A DNA stretch of 63,647 bases, taken from assembly GCF_020745735.1 (NCBI RefSeq), contig NW_026869159.1, positions 124,001 to 187,647 on the forward strand, written 5' to 3'. The DNA is from Hemiscyllium ocellatum. Lineage: Eukaryota. The position numbers and the translations under genes were made by a program. This document shows, piece by piece, positions 13,270-25,739 of this stretch. Within the stretch, counting starts at the first letter, position 1, and every line of letters starts with the position of its first letter. The notes beneath the pieces are model-generated. The model made no database searches. It was given only the letters and a program-made list of their open reading frames with translations, and was not told the origin of the DNA.

Positions 13270-13905
13270 TCTCATTTGTGAATTTGTTGCTGTATGACGA
13301 GATTGAATGAAAATGACTCATTTCCCACATTCATGGCAAAAGAACGGCGTTGTTCTAGAGTGAAGACGCTGATGAATCACCAGTTCAGATGAATTAGTGA
13401 AATCCTTCCCCCACCCAAGACAGGAGTGTGGTCTATTCACAATACGAATCATTGGTGTGCCAAATGCTTGGATGAAGTGGTAAATATTTTCCCACAGTCA
13501 TAGTGGGAGAATGATGTCATGTGGCATGGACCTGCTGATGTACAACGAGTTGAGATGATCACTTGAACCTAGTGCTACAGAGAGATAAGACGAGTTGTCT
13601 CTTGTCCTTATGAACACGTTGATGAAGATTCAGTTCACTAGAACTTTTAGAGAAATTCTGGCAATTTGGAGATTTAAAATGTCTCTTTCCTCTTCAGCGT
13701 GAAACCGCTGAGACGTCAGCATATGTGAATACCAAATAAATCCCCTTCCATACTTCAAACAAATGAATTGCTTCGACTCAGTGTGATTTTGTTGATAAAT
13801 TTCCAACTCGGACGGGTATTTGAACCCTTTTCCACAATCTCTGGTGCAGGTAAAATTGAATCTCTCCAGTTTGGATGATCTTTTGAAAGCTTCTCCACAC
13901 TCAAT
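13270..13905 (-). pseudogene. Krueppel-type C2H2 zinc-finger array pseudogene (about 7-8 decayed fingers)
   Basis: Minus-strand translation ECGEAFKRSSKLE..DCGKGFKYPSELEIYQQNHTESKQFIC..SSELNLHQRVH..DCGKIFTTSS..GKDFTNSSELVIHQRLHSRTTPFFCHECGK, with stops and frameshifts. Confidence 0.85.
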
Positions 13906-15949
13906 TTATGTTCATTTAATTGCACATTTATTGGTTACGTGCCTATTGAAGAGCATTTGCTTCACCGCCAAGTTAGCTTGACAATATTTTGAAACTTTGT
14001 TTCCGCTTCTGACATTTATTTATTCACTTCTGTCGAATGAGTCCAAATCTTTCCTGGTTATCATTAAACTATTAGCCTCAAGCATATCAACAAGTGACAT
14101 TTTCTTGAGAATGTCAATTTCTCTTTTTATTTTGTCATCAAGACAGCATTGGCTTTGTGGCCACTGTGTCCACCGTTGATGAGAATATACCTTGATCTTG
14201 TCAGAACTATTTCTGCTTGAAAGCAGTACAATGTTCACCCATCATTGTGATTGCAATTTATCTGCCTCCAATCCATTTATACCCATTGAAGTTGGGTCTC
14301 CACCCAATGGCTCTTACCGTTCCTTGCAGCGTTGCCGACAGACAGAATAAATGGACATTTGTGTTCCAACTTCAAAACCAATGATGTTCAGATCTTGAAG
14401 AATTTCACGACCCTGTGTCGTATCTTGATGTGACGGCTGAGCTCAGCTTCTCAGCGATAAACTCTCTGCTTCAAAGGTACTGCAGAAAAAAAACATAATT
14501 AAAGCCTTCAATACCAATTCTAAATAGAAATGCAGAAGGGTTAAACATTTCTCTTGAACAAATATGCAATACTGCAAGTTTTGGAGATCTGAAATGAAAG
14601 ACTAGCATAATTGGCCCAGCAGCATGTTTGTAGAGTAAATTAGGACGAACATTTCAAGTTCAGCAACTCTTGTACATTATTAGGAACGCTGCGTGTCCCT
14701 CCAAAGATTCTGGCAGACATGAATTTCTTTGTACTTCCAGTCTTCCTTCACTACTCCTCTTGGTTTAAATTCCCCGTGGATAAATCCCAAACAAAACGAT
14801 TTTATAAACTTCATCCCTGCCCGTTTTGCAGAGACATTCACGGCGTTCCTCTCTGAACTCAGAATTAGCGCGCATGTACGCTGATAGTCATTGCACCCCA
14901 GCAAAAATTATGTCATCCATTAGGCAAGGCTTGTCGCTGAGATACATGGCAGAATAGCTTCAGGTTAGTGGCTGTCAAAGCAGGGTCATGAGTGCATTAT
15001 TCGAGGTTTGAGGTCTGCACTCGGTGTTTATGAAAGCTCCACGCTCCTGCAACCACCTCCAATGACCCTCCCACATTCTGCTTTCTTTCGCATTTGCCAG
15101 AGACCAAGAAAACTTATCGTGCATGCGTCTGTCAGAATACTTACGGCTCATGATCAAGTCGGTATTGCATTGCTCATGATGCTATTGCTACGGTCCGGAC
15201 ATGGACAGGAGATATTGTGAGATAAAAGCTGATGTTTTTGAAATTGATTTCACGTAGTTTCAGGGCATATACAGAGTTTGTGTTTATTAACGCATTTTCC
15301 ATACCCGACAAAACCTCGGCTTGCAGTCTGGTCTCTGATACTGTTTGTGAAATAATAATAGCGTAATAAAAAGGGTGTTCGGGTGGTGCAAGAGTGTAAT
15401 TAGCTCCAAGAGAAACTATTGGAGCTGGGTACAATTAGGACATTTGAATGTCATTTGGATGGGTACATGAATAGGAAGGATTTGGCAGATATCGATCAAA
15501 TGCTGGCAAATGAGACACAATCAGTTTATAACTTCTGCTTAGCATGAACAAATCAAGCCAAAATGTCCGTTTCTGTGCTGTGTAACTCTGTGTATGAATT
15601 TAAGAAGTTAAGTTCAAATTTGATGTCCATTTTAAGATATTTTTTCATGTTCAACACACCTTAATTTATATCAGTCAACGTTCAAAATAATCTCCGTTCA
15701 TACACAACTATTGTGGTGGCTGTGATAGAGAAGATGGAAAGTCAGGTTGGCTGCTGATGTACAAAACCCTGGTTAGATCATATAGGGAACGCTGGGTATT
15801 GTGCTGCTACTGCGCATTATATGGGATCCATGTACACATCGAAAGTTTCAGAGCATTTGTAAAACTGAATTGGTCACCTCACTGTTAACTTCATGTCCTC
15901 ATTTAACTTATCTGAAGCAATTATTATTGCATACTTATCCTGTGATTAT

Positions 15950-16560
15950 ACTAAATATCTCAGTTTCAGAAATGACAGCCAGATTACTGAGGCCCCTCGG
16001 AATCCCAGTAGCACACAAACCCACCAACACTCTCAAACAAAAACTAACAAACTAAAAGACCCACTACAACCCATGGACAAAACCAGCGTCATCTATAAAA
16101 TTCCATGCAAGGACTGCCCCAAACACTACGGCGGACAAACCGGAAGAAAGTTCGCCACTAGGATACATGAACACCAGCTAGCCACAAAAAGACACGACCC
16201 CCTCTCCCTCATAGCCGTACACACGGATGAAAAAAAAACGTTTCGACTGGGACAACACATCTATCCTGGGACAGGCTAAGCATCGACATGCCAGAGAATT
16301 CCTAGAAACCTGGCACTCCAACCCCAATGCCATAAGCAAGCACATAGATCTAGATGCCATCTATCAACCCCTCAGAAAACGAAAAGAAAATGACATCACC
16401 ACAAACCCCAGGAACCCCATCCAGGAGAAAGATTTGAAAAGAAAACAGGAGACAACAACTTCGCTTCACTTGGAGGTCGCCACTGATGATGTTACCTAGC
16501 CAGGTAATGAAACGTCTGGATATCAAATCTACAGTTCAGCGAGCAACCCTGCACCCGATA
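15950..16560 (+). mobile_element. Penelope-like element 3' fragment (GIY-YIG endonuclease plus pseudo-LTR)
   Basis: ORF 15893-16279 VIYKIPCKDCPKHYGGQTGRKFATRIHEH; continues FDWDNTSILGQAKHRHAREFLETWHS. Confidence 0.9.
16480..16519 (+). ncRNA. Minimal hammerhead ribozyme motif in a Penelope pseudo-LTR
   Basis: cca-CTGATGA-tgttacc/tagcca/ggtaat-GAAAC-GTC-tgg: intact core, stem II TTACC/GGTAA, stem I CCA/TGG, GUC cleavage triplet. Confidence 0.7.
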
Positions 16561-17204
16561 CAAAATAAAATGCAGAGTGACCGGGGAATTTTGTGGCAAA
16601 TCACTTTCCCTGGTGTGACCGTTCATTAATTTCACACCAAGAGTAAAGATGTCTATTTATGTCTTATAATTGCGGTAGAATTGTTTTGTGATTCATTACA
16701 AATTCCATTTAGAATTACAAAGTTTCATAATCATTTGTGCGAAGTAATGTTTCCTCGCTTCATTCCTAAATTACTGCCGCATTATCCGGGGCATGTGAGC
16801 ACAGTTATCAACATTCCAGCCCGCAGGGAACGCGCTTCATGAACTCTATTCTCAGAATGTCTCCGAAGTTTGACGTTTTCAAGATTGCACAAGGGAAATT
16901 CAAGAGATGGACTGTCAGAGAGACCCAGACAGTGAGTACATGCGTCCATCTATTTGTGTTTTTGTTTCTCTATCTGTATGTTTCTGTATCTCTTCCCGTA
17001 ACTATCCATGTGTGTTTGTAAGTACGTATTTTTGTATTTAGTGTATATTCATGTGCGTTTCTACGTTTGTGTATTCTATATCTGTACCTGTGTGCAATGG
17101 TTTGTCTGTTGTTTCGGAGCTTTATCTGAAGAACAGAGTTAACATCTCTTTTTCTTTACCTGTCTCTCTTGCTGTTAAAGTGATGAAGTGTTGCTGGTCG
17201 ATAG

Positions 17205-17208
17205 GTTT

Positions 17209-17239
<31 letters not shown>

Positions 17240-17240
17240 C

Positions 17241-17267
<27 letters not shown>
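17205..17267. repeat. (GT)n(GC)n(GT)n alternating purine-pyrimidine microsatellite
   Basis: Direct reading. Confidence 0.95.
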
Positions 17268-17271
<4 letters not shown>

Positions 17272-19559
17272 CATCTCTGTCTGTAATGTGAAAGCCTTTA
17301 TTCTGGAGAGACTTTTGAATGAATGACTTTCAACCTGATGAATAGGAGGCTCAGAATCTCTCTCTCTCTCCATCTGCGTGCCTGTTATTCCCTCTTCTGT
17401 TTAAAGTGATACAATGACACCACACCACTGTTTTGTGTTTGACATGATTCTGGCTCTTCAAGTATTTTCGTATTAGAATCATGTAACATTTCAATGTTAC
17501 TCGAATCGGTGCTGCAGTTACTTGCCTCACAGTAAGATTTTACTCTACTAAACTGGTTCTTGGGCTTTCTACAGCGCCCCAATCGTTTAATGGGGAAAAA
17601 CTTGGAGACTTTTAGAAAGGCCCAAAACACGTTCTTTATTTTGCATTTCCTAAACAAGCAGCATCAATTCATTTTAAGAATATATTTATAAATATTGAAG
17701 TTTTGCTTGAATATGTACGGTCAAAAGATGAACCATTTCAATTCTGGTTTGAATACGTCTCTGAGAGGAGCAATACACTGCAGAATTTGTGAGTTCTGTT
17801 TTCAACATTTTCACCTGGAATGAGCGTTTCACGTGGTCAAACTACGAGAAGAAGCAGTATCCCAGAAATCTCCAGCAGTTGTCACTGGCAAAGGCAGCCT
17901 TTTTACCCTTCCCTAATTGCCCTTTGAATTTTGTGCATTGCAAAATATATCCGGAGATTAATTAAGAATCAACCGCTTTGTCAGGAGACACATGCACACC
18001 AGGGAACTCTGGCAATACACTTCTAAACGATATCAAAGATTGTTTTACTTAACTCATATCAATTATTTACCGTATCACGTCCGCCATTAAATGAACTAGG
18101 TAATTCCAGGTTAACTGAATTGTCATTCGACTAGCCGCTCTGTCTGCAGAATATTAACCCGTGCAATTAATAAAATTGTTTGGAATATCAATCAGAAAAG
18201 TTCATCTTGGAATATTGTTAGTCAAATCCAGAGGAAATTCCAGCGCAATCATTCAAATCTGTGAATTTCAAGTTACAGATCAAGTGTAAATCTGTTACAA
18301 TCCTGATGTGGAACATAAATTCTAATGTAGAAATCCAAAATTCGAGGAAAGAACGAGAGTCAATCCAGCAAAATGCTTCGCAAGTTGAAACATAAAAAAA
18401 ATTGAAGTTGCATCAGAAATCAAGTAAACTGTTTACCGCGTTTTTAAGTCACTGGAGCAGTGACTTGTGCATCCCGCAAAGGGCCATCACTGTATGAAAA
18501 CACTTGCCCGACAAGATACTTTACGCCAGTGCTTTGAATTGATGCAATTCTAGTTTAAGTAGATTTTAATGATTTTAATGATGACGCAGAATCGACAGGT
18601 GAAAATGAGAGAAAAGCCTTACCAGACATTGATTATTGCAGCATGCACGAATGGACACATATTCGAGTCCTATGATATATGTTCCTATCAAGCAACAGGG
18701 CAAGCTTTTAGGTTAAATTGAGTCACGATTTGCTGTATTATAATCAAAGGCATCACTTGATGTACTCTGACTGGGCACATGGATTCGTTTAAAGTAATGC
18801 AAACTGAGTCTGGTTCCAGTGCAGTTATGTTTTTAAACAGATTCATGCAATATACATTATCATGATTTCAATGCCATGAACAAGACATACTTTCGTAATG
18901 GATATGCTATGAAAAGTCAATTTGAGTTCATGGTCCTAAGAAGAATGTTGGGAACATTGACATATTGGAATACAAAAAGAGCCATTCGGCTAATGTGAAT
19001 GCCCTCGAAAGAGCAATTTACCTTGGGTCAGTCGCCTTCCATAGAAGAGAACTATATTTATTTTTTTGAAATTTATTTTCCCTTTCTGAAAGTTTCTGCA
19101 GATCCTGCCTGCAACAGATTCTCAGTTAGATTCCCATAACATCTAAACTTCCTTTGTGTTGATTGAAATTATGATACCATTGTCCTTTCGTCTCCCATGT
19201 GCCTGAAATGTGTACGATTTGCTGCCAGCAAATCCTTACATCTGAGGGAACTGTTGCCTTCCTCCAGTCTATTCAGAGTCATTGTCATTTTAAACACTTA
19301 TTCTTCACCCGGATTCAAACTTTTCTTTTCCCAAGCAATTAGGCATAACCTTTCCTATATTTTGATGTTCCTGGTGTTCCTCATCACTGGGGAAATTCTT
19401 GAAATATTTTCTTGCCCCCTCTCAGAATTTCATAATTGTGACCATCGATGTAGATTTTGATTTCCCACGACACCCAGAAATGCAGAACCTCCAATTTTTC
19501 TGTATTTTATAAGTATTGGTAGCAAAGAGAGTTTTACATTTCCGCTATCTAACACAAAG

Positions 19560-20250
19560 GACTATGTTATTGTTGTTGCAAACCAGCCTTCTCAGCCCAA
19601 GGACATCTCTGCAGGGGTTCCTCAGGATAATATTCGAGGTCAATCAATCTTCATCTGCTTCATAAATGATCTTGCCTCCATTACAGTGTCAAAAGTGCGA
19701 ACATTCGATGATGATTGCAAAATATTTGGAATCATACATGACTCCTGACACATTGAAATATTACACCTACATGATGCCGTGGAAGACCTCAACAACACCC
19801 AAATTTCTATTGTTAAGGGGAAGTGACATTTGGGCCAACCAAGTTCCGTGCAGTGAACATCTGAAACATTACTTGTTCTAAACATTTCATCCAGAGGTTA
19901 CCACTCGTGAATCTAAGACTGTCAACAATTTCTGGCATTACTATCAATCAAAAGCTGAAGTTGATTAACGATATAATTATTGGAGATGCAATGATAATTG
20001 AGAAGTTAGGTTTACTGCCTGAAGTACGTCATACCGTGTCTGCTCAATGCGTGTCTGCCGACTAGAAGGGAGGAGTTTGCAATGTGTTGAAATGCTCTGT
20101 ACTTATCTGGAACAAGGCAGTTCCAAAACACTCCAAGATGCTCGACAACGTCCATAGCAAAGCAACATGATTCGCAGGCGTTAAAACTTCCCCCTGCAAC
20201 TTTCACCAGTATCATTCTATGGACAGTGGTATGCACCATCGTAAGGTAGA
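19560..20250 (+). mobile_element. Old LINE (CR1/L2-type) 3' fragment
   Basis: RT-like RTFDDDCKI; similar to fragments at 50150-50680 and 52900-53410. Confidence 0.6.
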
Positions 20251-21459
20251 CTGTGTTTTCTCACCAACGGTCCACGAGCAATATCTCTAAGTTGCACGAC
20301 GTCTGGCAACAAGATGGACAAGCGAAGAAGATGTATTGTAACACTCCTTACATTTAGGTTCACACAACTCACCATCCTCAGGTGTTAGGTCTTCTTTGGT
20401 TTGTCATGTACATAACTAAGTTAGTTGAGAATATAGAAGGTATGGTTAGTAATTTGTGGATGACACCGAAATTGGTGGTATGATAGACAATGACGAATAT
20501 TATCTAAGAGGATAAACAGATCTCGAGAGGACCGTTATGTTGATTTTGAAGCATCAGTGTTACGAATTCTGGGTTTCAGAAATTGGAGATAAGGGAAATG
20601 AGACCAGAATGCAACAGAAAATATCGAACAGCAGAAGTTAAAGATGGTCAGAAGTAAAGATAATTAGCTGTGTGGTCGGAGGGGCTGGAATAATATATTT
20701 CTAAAACAGAAATATTGAGGTAAAAAGTTGAAAGTGGGGAAATGCAGTACTTATACTTGCCGAGGACAGAATTGTTAGAAACTGTTGAAGGAGAACTGCA
20801 AGAAAGTGAAAAACAACAAGTATGTGGCACACAGTGTAAAGATCAGGTTAAATCACAATTCAACGAAACATGATGGAATTATGGTTCCCCTTCCTTTGAC
20901 GACAATAGTAATGAAATACAATCACCTCAATAACGCATCCTAAGAATTCATCATTTGGCATTGCCCTTCTGGAAATTGTTCATTTTCTGCCAGTGCAAAT
21001 TTCACAGATATTCCCTCAGAGGGCGATGTAGTCACACTCACTGATACAGTCTGCGCCTTTTTCTAATTGTGGACACTTTGATTCACCCTCACCACTTGCC
21101 CTTCCGCTTACATTTGCGTCATCTGTAAAATTGTCAGTAGCACGTTCACTTCAGTCAGGATTTAAATAGTGTGTCAACGTGTATCTCTGCTCTTTCACCA
21201 TTTTTATTCTCATGAGGAATATTTTACTACAAAGTCATTTTTTTATTCGAAGGTTCCATTGTCCTTGTATGGTGCTGCTTGCAATGGTGATATTTATATC
21301 TAATAGTGAATGGCAATATGTTGATGAGTGATCGTTTTGATACACTGAATCTGATATGGTCATAAAAGTTACATTTGCGATTATGAAAGATGAAGTCAAC
21401 GAAAACCAGCTTTTGACAATGTAGAATGCCTACAGTATGGTAGCAGGCCGTGCCCCACC

Positions 21460-24097
21460 CCGAGAGAGACTGGAGTGCAGGGGATTGAAGGAAGTTAATG
21501 GGGGAGAGGTGAATGGGAGGAGGAGTGCAGGGGATGGAGAGGAAGTGGCTGGTGGTAGAGGAGTGGAGGGGATGGAGAGGAGTGACTGGGGGAAGGAGGT
21601 GTCGGGGGAAGAAGTGACTGGGAGTGGGAGGAGTGCAGGGGATTGAGGAAATGACTGGAAGGGATGTACCTGACTGGGTGGGGGAGTGGGAGGAGTACAG
21701 AGGTTGTAGGAGGGGAGGGGGAGACTGCTGAGGGCCGGGAATCGAGGATGAGAATGGGAGAGGGCATAGTGCAGGGAATGTAGATGAGGGACTGGGAAAG
21801 GAAGGAGTGAGGGGATGGACAAGGTGACATGCAGATGGAGGGGTCCAGGGGATGGAGGAGGTGACTGACTGGGGAGGAGGTCACTATGATGGGATGGACG
21901 GCAGGGGATGGAGGAGTTGGTTGGTCGGTATTGTGTGCATGGGGTGGAGCAAGTGACTAGGATGAACAGGATCCGACTGGGAGAGGGGAGGTGTCCCTTG
22001 GAGCGGGAGGAATTCAGCGGATGGAGGAGGTGACTGGGAGGAGAGGGAGGTGGATGTTAGGGGGAGGAGTGCAGGGTTTGGAGAAGGTGTCTGGGAAGGC
22101 GAAGTAAGCACGGGATGGAGGAGGTTACTGGAAGGGGGCAATGTTGACTGGGTGGCGGAGGAATACACGGGATGGCGGATGGGACTGGGAGAGGTAGGAT
22201 TGGACTGGGAGAAGGAGGAGTGTACGGGATGGAGACGAGGTGACTGGGAGAAGGCGGAGTGTGGGGATGTACTGAATGTGACTGGGAGGGGTAGAAGGTG
22301 ACTGCGAGGGGAAGAGTGCAGGGGATAGAGAAGTGACTGGGAGGAGGTGTGGGAGCAGTGCAGTGGATGGAGGAGGCGACTGGGATAGGGAGGTGTGCAG
22401 GGAATGACGAGAAGATGACTGGGCGGGGGATGAGTGCAGGGCATGGAGAGGAAATGATATGGGGAGGATAGGACTGGATGAGGGAGGAGGTGACTGCCAG
22501 GGTGAGGAGTGCAGGGGGATTCAGGAGGTGACTGGTATGAGAGGAGGTGCTGGGTATCGAGAGGCGTGCTGCGGATCGATACAAGTGGGGGTGTGGGAGG
22601 ACGGCACTGTGAGTGGGAGGAGGGGCCGGGGAGAGGGATGAGTGTAGTGGTTGAATGAGGGGGCCTAGTAATGGTAGGAGGTAACATGGAGGGGAGGATT
22701 GCAGTGGATAGACGAGATAAAAGGGAGAGTGAGAAGGTGATTGGGGGAATGGGTTCAGTGGATTGTGGAGATGAGTGGGAGAGACTGGAAAGGAGGGGAT
22801 GGAGGAGGTGCCTGGGAGAGGGAAGGGTGCAGGAGCTGGAGGAGTGGACTCGGAGGGGGAGTAGGTGACTGGGAGGTGGAGGAGTGCAGGGATGAAGACG
22901 AGTGCAGGGGATGGAAGGGAGGTGAATGGAGTTGGAAAGGAGAGAGGAGAAGGTGATGGGGCGGGGGACAGGTGCAGGGCAATGAGAGGAGGTGACTGGG
23001 AACGGGAGGCGTGCAAGATTTGGAGAAGAGTTGTCGGAGATTTGAGAGCAGGGGATGGGGAGGATGTGACTCGGATGGGGAGAGGTGCAGATGATAGAGA
23101 GGAGGTCACTGGGAGCGGGAGGAGTGCAGACGATGGAGAAGAAGTCACTGGGAGAGGGAGGTGTTGACTAGAAAGGGGAGGAGTGCAGGGGATGAAAGAG
23201 GGTGAACTGGGACAATGAGGTGATCAGGAGAAGGAGGAATGCAGGGAATGGATAGGTCACTGCGGGCGGAGTTGACTGTGTGGTGCAGGAAAGGCATGTA
23301 GGGAATAAAGAGGACGTGACTGGGAGAATATGGAGGGGATGGAGACAAATGTAATTGATAAAGAGGATGCGACTCGAAGCGGAGGAGGGGGCTGGGTGGG
23401 TTCGAAGATGACTGGGATGGGATGGATTGCAGGGAAGGGAAATGTGACTGGGAAGTCTAGGATTGCAGGGAAAGGAAGAGGTGACTGCGAGGAGAAGGAG
23501 CAGACTGCGAAGTGAAGGAGGAGACTGCGAGGGAGAAGGGGAGACTGGGAGGGGATGGAGTGCCGGGAATGAAGAGGTGACTGGGTGGGGTAGGATTGTC
23601 GGGGATGGTGGAGATGAATGAGAGGTGTTGGTAGTGACTAGGAGGGGGTGCACTGCAGGGGATGGAGGAGGTGATGTGTAGTTGGATGAGCTGAATGGGC
23701 CAAGGGAGGTGACTGGGGCAATGCAGGGCATACAGGAGGTGACAGTAAGATGGAGGAGTGACAGCTATGGGGAGAGGAAGGAATGCCGGGTTTGAAGCAG
23801 CTGACTGGGAGAGGGAGGAGTGAAGGGGTTGGTGAGATGACTGGGAAGGGGATGAAGAGACTGGTAGGGTAGGGAGTGGAGTGGAGGGGATGGCAAATGG
23901 GACGGGGAGACTGGAGTGCAGGGGTTGGTGAGGACTTGACTGGGAGAGGGAGCAGGTGACTTGGATGAGGAGGGGATGAGTGGGAGGGGGAGAATTCCAA
24001 GGCAGGGGTAGGAGGAGTGTGGGGGAGGAGTGCGTGCAATGGTGAGGAGGTCATTGGGATGGGGAGCATTGTTGGGGATAGAGATGAGGTGACTGGG
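21460..24097 (+). repeat. Purine/G-rich degenerate minisatellite, unit about 37-39 bp (GGAGGAGGTGACTGGGAGNGGGAGGAGTGCAGGGGAT)
   Basis: GTGACTGGG and GAGTGCAGGGGAT recur throughout; extreme G+A strand bias. Confidence 0.95.
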
Positions 24098-24104
24098 TTT
24101 CAAT

Positions 24105-24364
24105 ACCTGGGTTCAATTCCTGCCTCAGCCAAATGTGTGTGTAGTTTGCACATTCTCCCCGTGTCTGCTTGGGAGTCCTTTGGTACTCCGGTTTCCTCCC
24201 ACAGTCTAAACTTGTGCAGGTTAGGTGAATTGGCCATGCCCATCGTGTTAGGTGAAGGGGTAAATGTAACGGAATGTGTCTGGGTGGGTTGTGCTTTGGA
24301 GGGTCGGTGCGGACTTGTTGGGCTGAAGGGCCTGTTTCTACACTGTAAATAATCTAATCTAATC
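24105..24364 (+). mobile_element. HE1-like SINE (5'-truncated)
   Basis: Box-B-like gggttcaattcc, HE1 body, (TAATC)n tail. Confidence 0.85.
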
Positions 24365-24974
24365 ATGCGCCTGAGTTGCCATTGTTGTTAGTTGAAATGA
24401 TCCTTGGTGTCGCTGGTCTCTGATCGAATTCTTGTTGAGATTCAACCTGAGGTAATGCAGCAGCGAATATACACCAGCAGAGCGTGGCACAGTGGCGCAC
24501 AAAATATAATATCGTGGAATCTCTCCACATATTATATCTCCCATTGTTGCTGGAAACAGTCTTCTGAAAAGACATGATTCCTATCATGCCACGAACTGGA
24601 GAACAGGTCTAATCATTTGAACGTGTAACTAACCAGATACTGAGACACGCACGCGCGCGCGCGCACACACACACACACACGAATGGACAAGAAGACCTCC
24701 AGGCACATTGAGTCATACTGATAAAGGTTGTTACAGCATAGGCAAATATCCTATGGACCAGCAAAATTGCGCTGGTCAACAACGAGCATTTAAGTATTTC
24801 AATCTCAACTTCCAACACTTGGCCAATGGCCTTGTATTACTCGGTGGCGTGAATGGATGTGAAAAGAATTGTCAAACATTAATAGGATATTTTCCCCGTC
24901 CCAGCCGCAATGACTCATCGTAGGCTACTGGCATACCACTGGCTTAATTGAAATTTCTTTACATTTAAAGTCTG

Positions 24975-25720
24975 GTTGAAGATTTGTAGCTCGGGTGTCC
25001 GTTGTTGTGGTTCTGTTCGCCGAGCTGGAAGTTTTTGCTGAAAACGTTTCGTTCCCTGGCGAGGGAACATCATCAGTGCTATTGGAGCCTCCTGTGAAGC
25101 GCTGCTTTGAGGTTTCTTCCGGTATTTATAGTGGTTTGTTCTTGCCGCTTCCGGGTGTCAGTTTCAGCTGTAGTAGTTTGTATGTGGGGTCCAGGTCGAT
25201 GTGTCTGTTGATGGATGTTCTTGCCGTTTCCGGGTGTCAGTTTCAGCTGTAGTGGTTTGTATATGGTGTCCAGGTCTATGTGTCTGTTAATGGAGTTTGG
25301 GGATGAATGCCATGCCTCTAGGAATTCTCTGGCTGTTCTCTGTCTGGCTTGTCCTATGATAGTGGTGTTTTCCCAGTCAAATTCATGTTCCTGGTTGTCT
25401 GAGTGTATGGCTACGAGAGATAGCTGGTCGTGTCGTTTTGTGGCTAGCTGAGGGAACATCATCAGTGCTGTTGGAGCCTCAAAACGACACCCGGAAACGG
25501 CAAGAACATCCATCAACAGACACATCCACCTGGACCCCACATACAAACTACTACAGCTGAAACTGGCACCCGGAAGCGGCAAGAACAAACCACTATAAAT
25601 ACCGGAAGAAACATCAAAGCAGAGCTTCACAGGAGGCTCCAATAGCAATGATGATGTTCCCTAGTCAGGGAACGAAACGTTTGCAGCAAAAACTTCCAGC
25701 TCGGCGAACAGAACCACATT
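24975..25720. mobile_element. Penelope-like 3' fragment with inverted pseudo-LTR (arms 25006-25238 and 25486-25718)
   Basis: HEFDWENTTIIGQARQRTAREFLEAWHS on -; 233-bp near-perfect inverted arms; 79-bp internal tandem duplication. Confidence 0.9.
25037..25080 (-). ncRNA. Minimal hammerhead ribozyme motif (Penelope pseudo-LTR); the mirror copy at about 25645-25687 has a core C>A change
   Basis: Reverse complement: agca-CTGATGA-tgttccc/tcgcca/gggaac-GAAAC-GTT. Confidence 0.6.
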
Positions 25721-25739
25721 TCTTTACATTTTCGGTGAA

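Noticed and set aside
21430-24103. Long Pro/Ser/His-rich and Gly/Arg/Glu-rich ORFs (up to 363 aa)
   Set aside because: Translations of the G-rich minisatellite; stop-poor by composition, with no domain content.
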